DNA of 64,000 nt, taken from positions 16,122,001-16,186,000 of the forward strand of contig NC_087437.1 in assembly GCF_036321535.1 (NCBI RefSeq), given 5' to 3'. The notes below the pieces were generated by a model. It ran no database searches. It was not told the DNA's origin and was given only the letters and a program-made list of their open reading frames with translations. The stretch comes from Camelus dromedarius (Eukaryota). A program made the position numbers and the translations under genes. This document shows positions 61,519 through 64,000 of the stretch, one piece after another (the stretch's first letter is position 1; each line of letters opens with the position of its first letter).

Positions 61519-64000
61519 GTCTAACCAGTGGTTAAGAGCTCCTGCCCTGGAGTCAGGCCAACCTGGACTCAGCCTGCCTCAGGTGGATGGAGGGGCAGCG
61601 GCTGGAGTCATGGAGGCTGTGACAAAGTTCAGGAATCCAAAATCCTCGCAAAAGCCCCACCGACTAAATCATAATCCTGAGACTGTCGGGTCCTCCTTGC
61701 CAGGGAATTATCACCAGTGTCTCTTATAGTCGTTCTTGAAAGTGGGTTTCAGGGGAATCTTACTGTACTTGAACCCTGCTTCTCATCACCAACAGCACAG
61801 AAAGATGGAGACAAAGCACATTGCTCAGAATGTTACTGCGAGCGGTAAAAAATAGATAACTCATCCCCAGTGTTAAAATGATCATGGTCCTGGACTAAAG
61901 CACCAGGAAAGGGGGCCGTCGGCCACCTTGGACTCCGTCTCCTTAGGGATTAGGGCGAATGTTGCGACTTCTCCAGGCAACGAACTAGGGGTCGGGGGAA
62001 AGTGGAGGCATCCAAGCGGGTGACTCGGAGAGGGTGGTGGCAGTGAAGACTCAGAGTCTGTAAGAGGTAAAAATATATATGTGTTTGTTTATGTATTCAT
62101 GCATTCATGGACTCACACCTCTTTACTGAATCTCTCTAAGTGCCAGGTACCGTCTTTGCCCTGATGGCACTCACAGTCTGATAGGGGAGTCGAGGAAAGT
62201 GATGTGAGAGGTGCTGCTGGGAGACAGGAGTCAGGAAGGAGGGCAGGGGAGGCTGACCTATGAAGGTGTGGCCTCCTGGGTGACAGATCTGGCAGGAGAT
62301 AGACAGGGTGGCCATTTCCAGACACACACGGAGTGACAGATGTGCTCCAGAGAGAGGTCAGCTCGCGAACTTGGCCCCCAGCTGCCGACACCCTCACTGG
62401 AAAGGTCTTCCATCACTGGCCGTGATGGGGATAGTCCCAGTGACGAAGATGCTGCGTGCTCCGCGCCCCGGCTCTCGGAGCCATCAGCCCACCTCAGCAG
62501 CCTCTGAGCCCCTGGGGGCCGTTACCGAGGGCTCCCAAAGACTGACTTCTCTTCTTATACCAGCCTGCGAAGAGCAGCAGGCATAATCGGTTGCCTCACA
62601 CATGTAATTAGAAGAAATAAGAGCAGTGAGAGAAAATTGGTTAAGCAAGCCCAAAATGACTTTTTTAAAAAAAAATTTATAATGAAGGAATAAATCTCAG
62701 GGAGAAAAACGAAGTTAAGGCAGAGTGCACCACTACATTTCCTTTGCCACAGCTCAGGATTTTAGAAGGAATCCCAAGGTCCCCTGGCCGCCAACAGGGC
62801 TCCAACTCATCCACACAAGAAGGTGGGTGATCCCACGGACGGGTGAAGGTGGAGGGCATCTGGACGGTTTCCGAGGCATCGCTGCCTGTCTGCAGACCCT
62901 GTGTTGCTTGCTTTTCTCGCCCCAGGCCTGGTGACTGCATTCGGATCCCAGCGCTGCCCTCTGGCAGGATCTGCACTCCTAGGTGGGGACCCTCTCTCCA
63001 CAGCATCCTTCCTCCAAACACATGTTATGAAACTGCCATTGATCGTCGCCCTCCCCTCCTTCTCCTTTGCTCTGTAAGAGCTTCTCAGTTGTCAGTTGCA
63101 TTTCTATATTTCTATGGCAACCACAACCCCCAGCCTCATCGCCTCCCCTACCTCCCTGCTTCTCTCCCCACCCCCCTCCTTTCCTTTTGCAAGTCGGATT
63201 TGCAGGGAAGCTGCTGACAGGCTGGTCTTCTAGTAATTTCCTTCATAAAACAAACAGCTGAGGAGAGGGAGTTGGGAGGCGGGGCAGTGGGGTGGGGCCA
63301 GCTCCTTGGAAGCCACAAGGGGATGGAGAAACAGGAGAGTGGTGTGCATACTAAGAAAAAGAGTCCTGGGGTGCAGTGGGTGACAGCAGTGTGAAGTCAG
63401 GGCCATCCCAGCCTGGGGCGGGGGAGGGATGGGCTGGGTGAGGTGTGGAGGGCTCCCTCCAGACGTGCAGGGAGGCGGGTCCAAGTGCTAGCAGGACTGT
63501 GGGCCATAACAGCCACCCCGGGGGAGGCGTGCCTGCCACAGTAGCTGCTGTGACACAGACCAGGGTGAGTGAGGACACGAGCTGCAGCTCACAGGGGAAA
63601 TTATCCCAAATATCCTCATTATAGAAGCAAGTGCCTCTGAACCCATCAGTGCTTAACAGCCAGAAGTGCCCTCTCCCTGGAAGACAGGGCCATTTTACTG
63701 ACTCTAATGGCAATTTACATCCATCCCAGTCGGCTGCGAGTCCCAGGCTCCTCTGGGTGCTGGAGGTCACCAGGCAGGTGTCAGCTACAGGGCAGGTGTC
63801 AGGAAGGGGAGGCCACCAGGGGACACATTGCTGGGGGGCCAAGGTGAGGCAGGCAGCTTAAGCTTGAGCGAGCAAGTCAGCATGCCGGAGCTCAGGAGGA
63901 GAGTAATTATTAATGGCTTTATTACATGCCTTTTTTTATAAATAAAAGAAATATGTTTTTGGCCGCTAATGACCTTCAAATTAGCAGCTCTTTCAAAAAG

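Noticed and set aside
63415..63438. Intergenic G-quadruplex motif GGGGCGGGGGAGGGATGGGCTGGG
   Set aside because: Such motifs are common in GC-rich mammalian DNA, and there is no linked promoter or CpG island.
1..64000. A novel multi-gene system, CRISPR array or prokaryote-style operon
   Set aside because: This is spliced mammalian DNA with one recognisable gene. I saw no regularly spaced repeat-spacer array and no run of credible unknown ORFs.

Overview
Mammalian genomic DNA holding the 3' end of EPHB1 (Eph receptor tyrosine kinase B1) on the + strand. Five coding exons (5561-5776, 38342-38491, 43605-43798, 45609-45764, 49051-49159) splice in frame through canonical GT-AG sites and give 274 aa plus stop: kinase C-lobe, SAM domain and C-terminal tail. 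A ~1.35 kb 3' UTR and ~13.5 kb of intergenic DNA follow. The rest is intron or intergenic sequence rich in old eutherian repeats (L2, MIR, L1M, MaLR/MLT1, MER5/MER58, a Tigger transposase relic). One tRNA-Ala-derived SINE resembling the camelid Vic-1 family suggests a camelid genome (inference). Nearly all ORF-track entries are spurious. I found no new multi-gene biological system. The most notable non-annotated structures are a TSD-flanked retroposed mRNA-3'-end-like insert (8045-8265), a diverged intronic inverted repeat (26505-27426), a 39-bp templated local copy (2418/3629), an antisense solo LTR nested in an MLT1, an internal-only L1 RT fragment, and several motif-dense candidate enhancers. 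Repeat family names come from remembered consensus motifs, and repeat boundaries are approximate unless a TSD or TIR is quoted.
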